A stretch of DNA of 64,000 nucleotides from positions 62,001 to 126,000 of the forward strand of contig JBEWZL010000077.1 in the NCBI GenBank assembly GCA_045837725.1, given 5' to 3'. Each line of letters starts with the position of its first letter. Position 1 is the first letter of the stretch. Shown one piece after another: positions 42,463-53,953 of the stretch. The position numbers and the translations under genes were made by a program. The notes below the pieces were generated by a model, which worked only from the letters and a program-made list of their open reading frames with translations, made no database searches and was not told where the DNA came from. The DNA is from Vermamoeba vermiformis. Lineage: Eukaryota.

Positions 42463-44003
42463 ATGCAACAAGCGAAAGAATTATACGATCAGTTGGCTGT
42501 TTTGGCGAATCAGCCCCAGCCAAACGCAGAAAAGACCCGACAGCTCTTAAATACATTGAAGGTACTTTATTTATAAATGCAGCACTATATATATTTATGC
42601 CACGCTTTAATTGATTTATAATAATCAATTTTCAAACTGGATACAGATGAAAAATTTTTCGTCGCGCAAAAAATTATTTGTAACTTGGTTGATAACAATT
42701 TGATCTTTTGATTTTTTTTCGGAACCTATTCGACTGTTATTTTTCCACCATAATATTCTGAAATTTAAAACACGAGAGAAACACTAAACAAATTCCATCC
42801 AGGTTGCTACCCTTCGTCTTTCCACACCAGCGCCAAACAGTGACCCCAATGTTATTAGCAAGGATTTATTTTTAGCCAGTAAGACGAGTCTATAATAATA
42901 TTTTAACTTAGGGACAATCAAAATTGACTTTCTATCGCAGGGGAAATTTTGGAGACCTCCGCGTTGGTGAGCATCAAGCTGCAAGACGAGGCTGCTTTTG
43001 AAAAATACATCGCACAACTCAAGCCATTCTATTACGATTATAAGTAAGACAGCTCTTGCCAATCAAATCAGTGTTGCTGCTATGATAATTTACATTATTA
43101 ATGCGCATTTCAGCAAACTTTTGCCGCAATCAGAGCGTCAATACCCAATTCTTGGCCTTTATCTGCTTCACCTGTTAAGTAAGGGCGCGTCAAATGCTGA
43201 ATTCCACTCCGAATTGGAAGTTATCACCGATCACGAGAATAGGTAAGCAATTTTAGCTTTGGTTGCCCAAATTTGCAAGTGAAGCCTCTACATGCGGATA
43301 TGCATTACTTTTTCTTTCGTGACTTGTTCTCAAACCTGCCGCTTTCCAAAATCAACAAGCTTCCATAGCTCAGTCGGCAGAGCGTTCGGCTGTTAACCGA
43401 AAGGTCCCTGGTTCGAACCCAGGTGGGAGCGATTTTTTTTTTTTGCTCGTGTGTTTCATTTGATTTTTATCTGTAACGCGTTTTTACCCTGTCTGTTTCT
43501 GCTTATTAGTTATTTACACGTGTTACAGATACATCAAGTATGCCATTACTTTGGAACAAGACATTATGGAGGGTCGTTACAACAAAGTTTGGAAGGCCCG
43601 CGAAACTGCTCCCTCCGAGTACTACCTCTTCTTCCTGGACAAGTTGAGTGGTACTATTCGGTAAGCACATTCAGCTTCGTTGTGATGCGAAGGCCTTACC
43701 AATTGGATTTAGAAACGACGTCGCCAGCTGCTTGCAAGTTGCTTATGACAAGATTTCCACCGCTGAGGCAACCAAAATGCTTTTGTTCAAGGATGAGAAG
43801 GAACTGCGCCCGTTTGTGCAAGAGGTATTTGAGTTTTGTTAATCTTTGAGCGATCTAACGTTAGCTTCACTCAGCACAACTGGCTTATCGAGGGGAAAAC
43901 TGTTTCCTTCAATCAAGAGAGCCAAGGCGCTAAAGAAGTTCCTGCTGTGCCGTTAATTCATCACTCGCTTCGATACGCGCAAGAGCTCGAGAGAATCATT
44001 TAA
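42463..44003 (+). CDS. RPN12: 26S proteasome non-ATPase regulatory subunit Rpn12/PSMD8
   Basis: FEKYIAQLKPFYYDY; ILGLYLLHLL...AEFHSELE; LEQDIMEGRYNKV; C-terminal YAQELERII. Confidence 0.92.
43359..43431 (+). tRNA. tRNA-Asn (GTT), inside an Rpn12 intron
   Basis: 73-nt cloverleaf GCTTCCA...TGGGAGC+G; A box TAGCTCAGTCGG; anticodon GTT at 43392-43394; B box GGTTCGAACCC; followed by an oligo-T Pol III terminator. Confidence 0.97.
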
Positions 44004-44356
44004 GTGCTCGAGATTGATCTCTTTATTAGATCTGGTTTTCTCTCACATGTGAATAAACTCCAAACACCGATGTACCTCGAATTATGTTTGTATGAAATAT
44101 GTCCGATGAGACTCGAGTAGGTCGGTGAGTAACCTGTCATCGTAGTAAAGGTTGGATGGAGACCTAAAGTCTTCAAAAAGCCGTAGGTTATGAGGGAAGC
44201 CCTCCGCTTCTTCATTTTTGCTGGTGTGCCATTCTTTGTGGGCATTCGGTCAGATCGGAAAGTTTTATTAATTCAAATTGAACTGTGACGTAAACCACAC
44301 GTGCTTGTAATTTTTGTATTATATTAGTGTTGTATATATTTAATCTATTTTAAATA

Positions 44357-45613
44357 ATGGCGTCTGCTGGTCCAGGAGGGTTTGGTAAGTTGCTAACAAA
44401 TTCTTGCGAAGGGATGAGAGCAGAAAATTATTGTATTAATTTTAAAAATTCAGTAAATGCTCCTGTAATGAAAGGTGTAATATATGCATCGGCTGGAGTA
44501 TCTATATTGGCTACTTTAATGAATTGGCGACATCTGCTGGCTTTAGATCGACAAGGATTACAGAGTCTGCAATTATGGCGTCTTTTTACCCATCACTTCG
44601 TTTTTAACAGCATGGGAGAGACAATATTTGGGCTTATTCTGTTATACCAATTCCGTCTCTTCGAGCGGCAGATGGGATCTAAAAAATTCGGGGTAAGCCT
44701 AGCCTAGCCACCAAAGATAAGGATTATCTTACTAATAACGAGCATAAATATGTAGGCTTTTACTGTGCTCTCAATGTTCATGTCCTCATTGGTCGAAATT
44801 GCGTCGCTTGCTTTGTTCAATCGCGATGCCGTTTATGTTGAGAGAGGTGCCGCTGCAGCAAGAGGATTAAGGTTATCTGGACCGTAAGTTGCAATAGAAA
44901 TATAGAGAATTGCAGTTTGTAGTCTAATAATGGCTGTAGCTTCACGCTCATCTTTTCTCTATTCGTGCAATACTGGCGTGACGTGCCTTCGACGTACAAG
45001 TTCCGAGTACTTGGAGTTCCATTCAGTGATAAAGTCATTACGTATATTATGGCTGCACAGGTTAGTTAATCTTATCTTTATGCAAAAGTGAGCTCACGTG
45101 TCTTTAGTTATTCTTCGTCAATCCTCCTCTATCCACGATTGGAGGTATCGCAGGTCTGATTGCAGGTGTCATGTATCGCATGGAGGGCTTAGGACTGCAC
45201 CGATTCCGCTTGCCAGGTGTGATCACCAACTTGGCTCGTCGTATTTTTGGTCCTTTGTTGTACAGTCGTCCTCCTCCACGTGGTCACACTCGTGCTCCTA
45301 ATTTCAACGATTTTATGCCGCAAAACAACAATAACAATAATCGCGATGTAAGCTTGGATCATTTTTTAACCGTAGGACGTTTCTAATTCGCTGTCAGTTC
45401 GAGGAAGGTCAGGGCTATCGTGACACTTTAGTCGATGCTCCTGGGCACCCCAATCAGTTCTTTGTGCCTCCTCAACAAGGCATCTACCCGACAGAAGATA
45501 ACATTCAAGCGTTAATCAATATGGGATTCACACGCGACGATGCAGTTCGGACTTTGACCGAAACGAACAACAACTTGCAGTTAGCAATCAATGTTTTGTT
45601 AGATGCGAACTAA
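44357..45613 (+). CDS. Rhomboid-like pseudoprotease with C-terminal UBA (UBAC2/RBL-like)
   Basis: NAPVMKG; QLWRLFTHHF; LLYQFRLFERQMGSKKF; UBA IQALINMGFTRDDAVRTLTETNNNLQLAINVLL. Confidence 0.88.
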
Positions 45614-45814
45614 GTAGTAGTAAATTACGACGTACTAGTGTTATCAATTTGATTAAGCTATCATATTTCCTTAAGTAAATGATTTTTAAATGATTTTTAA
45701 AGCGAGTTTCAGACAAGGGCCGAGACATCGTGCGACACTCGGAAATTATCTCCCTTTATTTATGAGGTGTTTGTCTTTAATTTACAGTACAGTAAGAGAA
45801 ATAACACACTAAAT

Positions 45815-46234
45815 ATGATGTCATTTCGAAGAGCCTCTCAATTTCTAGTGGCAACAGGATCGAAACAACAGACCCGTCCCTTGACGATCTCATTGTTTCG
45901 AGGTACGTTATTAGAAGCTTGTGGCAGACATTCTAATAAGTTTATTAGCGGAAAGAGAAAAAGCAGGATACGATAGAGCAACCTCCGACGTTCGTTTTTA
46001 TCGACTACAAGTCACTCATTCCCAGTAGGGCTTGGAATTGACCAAGTATTTTACCAGGACTTTGCCGAAGAAAATGATTTCCGATTTTTTGCGAAAGAAA
46101 TTAAGAACCCTACTTCGCAATACAGATCAGACTTGCTGGACGAGATGAAAAAGGCTGGTGGGGAGCCGGGAGAGCTTCCCGGATCTGGCAAGACAGACAA
46201 CCAAAAGAAGACTAATCAAGAAAATCAATCATAA
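45815..46234 (+). CDS. Small protein with probable mitochondrial presequence
   Basis: MMSFRRASQFLVATGSKQQTRPLTISLFR is Arg/Ser-rich with no acidic residues; a three-exon model is open to the TAA at 46234. Confidence 0.5.
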
Positions 46235-46246
46235 TTAAATTGCAAT

Positions 46247-48592
46247 TTATTCCTTTTCAATAATTTTGAATCCTTCCTCTGCTGATCCAATGCGCAATGT
46301 CTTAAAACGCTTCTCTTGGCAATCGAACACTTCCACTGATTTTGGTATGGGGTCATTAAACGATGTATTTTCTGGTAATACAAGCGCGTGTGCTTTGCCA
46401 AATCGTTTGTCGTACTCCCATACCATGAGCAATTCAAGATAGACTTCTTTGGGTAGGAAATAGGTGAATATTTTCTCGGTAATATCATCGGTGCCCTTAG
46501 TAATTACAATTAGTAATTATTATTGAGTAAAGTGTGGCGTACTTGGTTCTCGAGCTTCGCATCCGGTTGGCAGATCTTCAGTTCCAAATTCGGATAAATA
46601 AGACATCGCAATCGTCTTACATCAATGTTGTTCGTTGAAATATAATCTCGAATGAATTCTAGCCACTCAGGATCGGTAATTGGTCGAGAGAACGGCAAGA
46701 AACAGGGGACATTAAGGTTCGCTGGCGTGATTTGCAGGTATTGCAGTGCAGTCAAATGAAGGAGCGGAGTTAGGGTACCAGGGAAATCGCTATATCATTT
46801 GTTAGTCCTTAAATCGTAGTGTACAGAAATAGTAGCGTACTCGATCTGTAAATAGACGAGCGACGTGCAGTTCGCCAATGCTCCCATGTCTGATATTTTG
46901 TGTTTTCCCTGTTTTCACGTGAGTAATAGTCAGCAATGATAATCTTAACCATACGTGTAAAGTTAGTCTCGCTAATGAATTGTTCGGACTTATATCGAAT
47001 GTCTTCAAGCGAGTGTTTCTAACGGATAACTTTTCGAGCTGCGTTAAGGACTTCAATACTTCCGACCACGGTCCTTCGCAGTCGTAAATTAAATCAAGCT
47101 CTTTCAGCGATTTGAAGGCCGTAAATTGTGTTGGGATATCTTGCGACTGCGGAATAGTCACGCTCAGCTTTTGCAAGTTGACGAGTGTAAACATCGCTGG
47201 TGGTAATTCCGCTAACTCGCAGTGAATGAGCTTTAAGCTTGTAAGTTGGGTTCCCAATTCTATCTACAAGCAAAAATACTTCAGTATTTCCGTACAATCG
47301 TCAACTTTAAACTTACATTTAATACGTTCTCGCTGAATTGAATACTCAAATCAGATAAATTTGGCGCACATTTGAATATTTCCGCAACGTCGACATTCGT
47401 GCTCTCGATTAGCGATAGAGAAGTCAGATTAGGTAACGCAACATTTTCTACTTCGATCTCCGTGCGCCAAAATTCCAACCTCTCAATGGCCTTGAACGAA
47501 TTTTGCAAGCATTTGATGCTAGTGCCATCGCAAAAATCCGCTCTTTTGATGTTCGAGTACGGAAGTGGTTGCTCGCTGATTCGGGGATTGTCGCGGATGT
47601 CTAATGAAATCTGTAGGCGTTATTTTGGGGTTGTATATTCGCTCGTGCTTACATCTTCGATAGTAGGTGGTAATTTGCCACCCCATAGTAGCGCGGTCAA
47701 TTTGTTTTGTCTGTCTCTCAGATCCATACGTTTCGTTACAATTATTCGACTTAATAAGTCGGGCGTAACTTCCATTCGCGGTCTTGATACTGAACTTGGT
47801 TAATATGACAACTCGAGGATATTATCGATAAAACATACCCAATTCTAAAGTTTCAGTTTCAATCCGTAGATCGGCTGGTAAAGTTTGAAAGGGAAAATAG
47901 CCGGGCAACGTCAGATATTTCAACTTGCGAGGTAGTTTTTGTATAAGTGAGAATATTAGACTAGTTTGAAGATTGTCTGCAAGAGCCAATCGGAATTCTT
48001 GCAAATTTTTCATCTGTCACGACGTCGGATCTGATCAGAAAAAGTGAAGAACATTCGCTCGGGCTTACCTTGTGGATTACCGAGTTTAAAAATTGGACGA
48101 CTGTTCTAATATTCTCGATTGACGGAAAAGATATCAAACTGCCACCGTATGAAAACGATCTGCAGAGCTGAATGTTTTTTGATAGGAATGCGAACAATTC
48201 TGGATAAATGTCTTCTTCATTTAACGCAATATCTTCGGGGCATGATTGAATGGCAATATTCTTGAATGCTTTAGAGACGCTGAAGAAGCGTTTGAAATCA
48301 TTCAAGCCGCAGATCGGCAAAATTTTGGTTGTCCAAACCTCAGTGGGTAACGTAAGGCAAGCTGAATATTAAATTTTAACGAGATTAATGAGGTCTTTGC
48401 TCTACGATTGAATAAATTGGCATCCAAATATCGGATTTACAACAGAACGAATTTCAACAAATTTAAATTCGAAAATATAATAATTAATAATATATATATT
48501 TATTAATGTAAGCATGTGGTATGCAAACCAGACTGCCAATTACCTGGATCGTTCGGAGAGGTAGATCTTCTCTTTTCTTCTTCTTTTTCCAT
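46247..48592 (-). CDS. F-box/leucine-rich-repeat protein
   Basis: F-box LTLPTEVWTTKILPICGLNDFKRFFSVSKAF, followed by LxxLxL repeats (LPNLTSLSL, LTSLKLIHC, LVNLQKLSV). Confidence 0.8.
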
Positions 48593-49284
48593 TGTGGCTC
48601 GCTGAAACGCAATCTCAACTTAGTATAAACGACAACCAGCGTGTGTAATTATTATTGTAACAAAAGGGTGGTGTTGTTGCGGATAATCGTTTGACAAATA
48701 ATAAGTTTCTTGTCAACCTCTAACATACACCACAGCACGTCATGCAGGCAACAAAGCATATTACTCTATTAATCACGGAATTGCTGCTATTTGGTACGGT
48801 ATACTGACGTTTTTTTGCGCTCATCCAGTGTTTTAAAGAACTATTCAAAGTAGTGACACTATCAGACGTCTGATAAAATTTGTGGTAGAACAAACTCGAT
48901 TGAAGAGCATGAATTTAGAACGCTGGTAAGAAAAATTAATTTTAGTACTTCATACGGTAATATTTTCATTAAAATAATTAGTTTTTGATTACCACGTGAC
49001 GTTGGCTGGAAGAAAGAACTCTCAGCTCATTATTTTCGTGTGCAACAACAACAATGCTAGGCGCAATACTACGCAGCTATTTAGTGGTTGGCAGTCGTTG
49101 TCGCCGTTACGCATCAGCAACAATGCCTTCGCAAATAAGGCCTTTTCCCTCTGCGCAATATTCCCAAAGGTAGTGATATTTTTTTCTAAATAATAGGACT
49201 GAAATGAACTGTATTAGGCACCAATACGAAAAATCCAATCCGATCAGGAAAACGGAATTTACACAACCTCAACCACGGCTCATA

Positions 49285-52200
49285 ATGACCTCCGCGAGTC
49301 TACTGGCCCGTGCAAAACCACCTAGAGGTCGTTTAGGAAAAAAGAAAGCCAGCGAACAGCCGGAGAGGTACATTACCAAAGCTTGTAAGCTTCGTGTATT
49401 TATGTATTATTTATATTTTATCTTAATCATTAAATTTAAGTTGTAAACTGGACTTGTGGCCAAGTAGCAAGCTGGCTGGAAGAGCAAGGCATGTTGACTG
49501 CAAATCAAGCGCGAATTTGGTCACTCGACGGCTACGAATTAGCCCAACTGGAAGAAGACGAGCTGATTACAATAAAGCGCAAGCAGATACGTTTGGCGAT
49601 AAGAAAAAAAACGAGTTGTAAGTCCCAACGAAACGATAAAAATTACGACTAATTGCTGGTAGGTAATGAAGAAAATTTCAAGGCGATTGTTGACGATGCT
49701 GTGGCCACCTTAACCTTCAAAAGGCTCGCTGATTTACCTGCTTACGATCACGCCAAACTGCTTAAAAACTTTTACAAACGACCGCTGGACTTCAATCCCT
49801 ACAGCCCTCTCAAGTTCGACGTGCGATTTATCAGCAAATCAGGGTTTGATCCTGTTTATGACGAGTTCGCAAAATTTGCACGTCACGGCATCGATTATCA
49901 TCTGTTTCCTATACAAGGACTCTCTGGAGGAGGAAAAACAGGTAATAAATTAATTAGAAGTACTTAAATTTTTTAATTAAGTAATTGTAGGAACAATGCT
50001 TAATGCTGTTGGTCGAAATCGGTATTTGATATTTGTAGAGTGTGTTGACGAAGAAGCAATTGACTCTAAGGATTATGTAAGTGTTTTTCCGAACTTAGTG
50101 CAAAAGACTCAACTATTTGATAGGATGACAAGCCATTTCAGAGTTTTGTTTCCGTTTTGAACACAACGATGGCTCTGTCTTTTGGTTCTTTGGTTGGCAG
50201 CAATAGAACATCTTATGTCATTATGTATTGTAGGGTATTTTGGCTATGTCGTTTGATGCTGCTTCAAGCAATGCAAGAAAAATATTCCATAACACCAGAG
50301 GAGTGGATATTGTGGACTAATGATGGAAGGGGTCAAGACTTAATTAAGCATGTACAAAGGCTTTTCCTTTCTGCTTTGTAAGTCATTGTCATATCATATC
50401 TGGCTAATACCATTTGCAGGTCAGCAGAGCTTAACGCCAGAAACGACATCACTCCTGTATTTAGAACATTGGGCTTGCTGGTTGAAAATTATATTGAAGC
50501 AACAGGTGCTTGGTTTGCCATTGATGAAGCTCAAACTGCACACAAGAAAAAGGCCTACACAAAGCTTTCAGACGATGTTGACCAAGCTCAGTATACAGAG
50601 GAAAAAAGGTCTCTTTTGCACATTCTCTCAATCTATGCTCTTCCTGGTGACAGCAAAAGAATTATTGCAGGCACAAGTCTGACAGACTTTGAACTCCTTC
50701 TAAAGTCTGGAGCAGCAAAAAGAAGCATAGTCTACTACTATGCACAACAAGGCCTTTCATTTCCCTATATTGAGCCTGAAGACGGTTGGAGACGTATTGA
50801 AGAATACTTTGATTTCTCAGAAATCAAACCAAAATACATAGCCGAAGCAAAAGAAGTTCTACAAGGACGTCTCAGATATGTATTCGGATTTATTAAGCAG
50901 TTGGCAGCACAAATTGTCTATCGAGAGCACTCAAACAATAAGTTCAGTGCTGAAGAAAAAAATGACATATTTATTTCAGCTCTAAAAGATCATAGAGAAG
51001 ATATGAAAAAGTATTTTGCAGCTCATTGGCAAAGGCTTGTCAAATGGGGAGTTTGTATGTACTATTTTGAGAAATTTGCATCTGTTAACATTTACTTGTA
51101 GCCCTTCAACATCTCACACATGTCCTCTTGGCACAAAATTATGCTCCATGGCAACGGTGGAATGTTGAGCACATCAACAAAGTGCACTCTGGAATTAGTG
51201 TTGAAGAGACTGGATTTTTATTCATTGAAAAGACTGGTATGTAGTTTAATTAAATAGTTCAACATTTTGATTTGTTCATAGAAAGTGACAGCCAACCAGT
51301 TTACTCCATTAGAGAACCTTTTGTAATGAAGGCTCTTCTATCCAATCCAGATATTTCCAAGTCAATCACTGACCAGCTTGGCTGTTCATTTGAAGACATC
51401 AAGGCCAAGGGTTTCCTCAATGCTCAGAGTGTGGGACATGCTGCTGAGCAGTTTGTATTGTGGAGCATTGTAAGTGATTAATTGCAGTAGTTCATTTAGT
51501 AACAAGTTCTGCAGGTGAGCAACTTTAAATCATTTATGCAATCTCATGCATTGGCACCCACCCCTGGTTATGAATGGGTTGAAAAAGCTCAATGTCACTG
51601 GATTACTGGAGGTTCTATAACTGATCTTCAAGAAATTAAGAGTCTAACAAAGGCTGTTTGTGCGTTGCAGCCCAAGATTGAAGCATGGATGACTTCAGCA
51701 GATACAACACTGGTCACAATTTTACAAAATAATCCCAAACTTAGTGGATTGCTTAAGGATGGTCAATTAGCACGTGAAACCGTTGAACAACTTCTCAAAA
51801 TTTGCCAGGCTGATGCAGACAAACAGTCAGAGCTTCTCTATCTCACACTTCAGCCCATGCACTATCTATTACAACCCTCAGTTCATCTTGGCCCAGATAT
51901 GATTGGATTCTTAGGTATGTTACAGTACATTAATAGAACATAGCCAGGTCTGATTTGCATTTAGATTTCAATGGTGAGCCAATTTTAGTCACCATCTCCA
52001 TGTCAATCTGGAAAGAAAGAAGTGCGCTGAAGTTCAACGAAAACATTCAAAAAACTGATCCTGCAGAGTTCTATCATTACAAGAAAACCGTAAAAGTGAA
52101 TGGCAAAACAACCAAAGAGCCAGCTGTTTATGATGCAGCAAATGCATTGCCACCACTGCCATCAAAAGTGCTGCGAATCAGTATCACAATACCATCACCA

Positions 52201-52311
52201 AAGCATGCAGAGGAGGTACTACCAACTCACTACTTGCTGCATGTTAATGAAGACAAGCTTGCTTCTCTTGGGTACAATTTTGCTCAAGTTATTGCAAATG
52301 TTAGGATCTGA
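49285..52311 (+). CDS. Crinkler/RHS-type effector: SAM header + P-loop NTPase + REase-like C-terminus
   Basis: Exon 49441-49617 NWTCGQVASWLEEQG...LDGYELAQLEEDEL (SAM); Walker A GLSGGGKT; Walker B WFAIDEAQ; LQGRLRY; C-terminal GHAAEQF...PSVHLGPDMIGF. Confidence 0.75.
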
Positions 52312-52756
52312 AGACAATGGTTACAAAACTGACTACACCTCTAAAATTAAATTCTTCTTGTTTTAGTTTTCAATGAATGACTATTCTCACTTGTGCCCTG
52401 CAATGATCCAATTTTCTGTTTATTTGTTGTAGGTTCCTCTGTTTTCGGTTCAAAAGCATGTATGACTATATAAACTTGCTGAATTTTAGGCTTCAATTGA
52501 CTCTTTGGCTTTTGAAATTCACCCCATTAAATTTGTAATTATAGCATGAACTAAGTTGTACACATTAGTAGACTATTCATATATCCTTTAGGAGCATCAG
52601 CCTGATGACACATATCCCTTAAACGGCAGATAGATAAAAGTTCTAAAATTTTATTAGGCAACATTTCATAAACATGTAATCACTATATTTATATATATAA
52701 CAAGGCTTGGCCATATAGGGGCTAGCCCAGTTACGACTATGTTGAACAAAGAATGG

Positions 52757-52980
52757 GTTCTGAGGTGGTAGAAACAAGTTCCACGGCAGTCGAACCAGTT
52801 CCAATGTGGTTGCACCAAGTTCCAAGGCGGTTGATCCTGTTCCGAGGCAGTTGAACCAGTTCCAAGGCAGCTACCAAGTTCCGAGGCTGTTGAACAAGTT
52901 CCGAAGCGGTTGAACAAGTTTCAAGGCAGTCACACAAAATTCCGAGGCAGTTGAACAAAGTTTTGAGGAGGTTGAACCAA
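52757..52980. repeat. Tandem array, ~11 degenerate copies of a 19-21 bp unit (consensus GTTCCGAGGCAGTTGAACAA)
   Basis: Units read directly, e.g. 52839 GTTCCGAGGCAGTTGAACCA, 52878 GTTCCGAGGCTGTTGAACAA, 52898 GTTCCGAAGCGGTTGAACAA. Confidence 0.92.
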
Positions 52981-53290
52981 GTCACAAAGTAAAAATAATT
53001 AAAGTCCAATATCTTGATTGTGCTGGCATGAAGTGAAATTTCATCTAAGTCCAAACTTGCAACTGCACTGGATGCAGTAACACTAAGTTCTACACTTGTG
53101 ACTGGTCAAAAGGATGTGACACAGCAGTCACGAGGAAAATTACCCAAGTCCAACAGTTTTGACCGCGCTGGTCACGAGCAAAACTGCGCTAAGTACAACA
53201 GTCATGACCTCTCTGGTCACAAGTAAAAACTGTCTAAGGACAACAGAGACCTCACTGGCACACGCGAAAATTCATTCAAAGTCCAACATT
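52981..53290. repeat. Degenerate ~45-bp tandem array (AAGTCCAACAG...GACC...CTGGTCACGAG.AAAA)
   Basis: AAGTCCAA-like anchors near 53002, 53047, 53085, 53146, 53191, 53236 and 53279; clearest for the three units from 53146 to 53280. Confidence 0.75.
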
Positions 53291-53431
53291 CGCATTACGA
53301 GATTGGTAGGATTGTGAACGAAAAAAAACACAACCAGCCCTAGCACGTGGTAAGCTTCTATTAACGAATTTTCGTGATTGTAGAAGATATAAATTTGCAC
53401 GCAGCTGCGGTCATTTGTATAATAATCAACG

Positions 53432-53953
53432 ATGGAACGACAACGCTGGACACCCACTAAAATTCACCGCGCAAACACTTACGGGATCTTAGATTCGTAT
53501 GTTAGTGAAGGAAGAAACTTGCGCAGATCTGTGAACGAGCAAAGAGACCATATTTTAGAGCTTTTAAATTCCAGAATAATTTTTGGTCGTGCCCGAAACC
53601 GTTGTGTTCAGATCTTCATGGATAACACAACTTTCGCGAACATGTTTGTCCGTCACCTGGATCTGGCTAGCGTTGGTTGGCGAGTTACAAAAGCAGTTCT
53701 CACCGGCAAAAGACCTCGATTGCAACAGACACACATCAGAAAATGGCTGACAGCACGTCAGGCGCTTCGCATTCTGCACCTTGGTGACGGAGAAATCACA
53801 CGCCGAGATAATGGTAACTTGGATTATTACGCTAAGTTAAAAGATGAAAAAGGACTCGTTTATTTTTCATATTGTATCGATACAAAGTTGCTTACACTTA
53901 GATTTAGCTTTGTATTGTATAGAAAAATTAACGATAATGTATACTATATTTAA
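53432..53953 (+). CDS. Orphan basic 173-aa protein convergent with the transposase
   Basis: Uninterrupted ATG-TAA ORF; its stop overlaps the transposase stop (shared TTAA 53950-53953). No family recognised. Confidence 0.6.
   Translation: MERQRWTPTKIHRANTYGILDSYVSEGRNLRRSVNEQRDHILELLNSRIIFGRARNRCVQIFMDNTTFANMFVRHLDLASVGWRVTKAVLTGKRPRLQQTHIRKWLTARQALRILHLGDGEITRRDNGNLDYYAKLKDEKGLVYFSYCIDTKLLTLRFSFVLYRKINDNVYYI

Noticed and set aside
52643-53054. ORFs 52643-52825, 52666-52917 and 52737-53054
   Set aside because: Artefacts of translating the 20-bp tandem array.
52757-53290. CRISPR array
   Set aside because: Units abut with no unique spacers, the context is eukaryotic, and there are no cas genes.
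53432-53953. RAG2-like gene
   Set aside because: Too short, with no kelch-repeat or PHD signature despite the convergent position.
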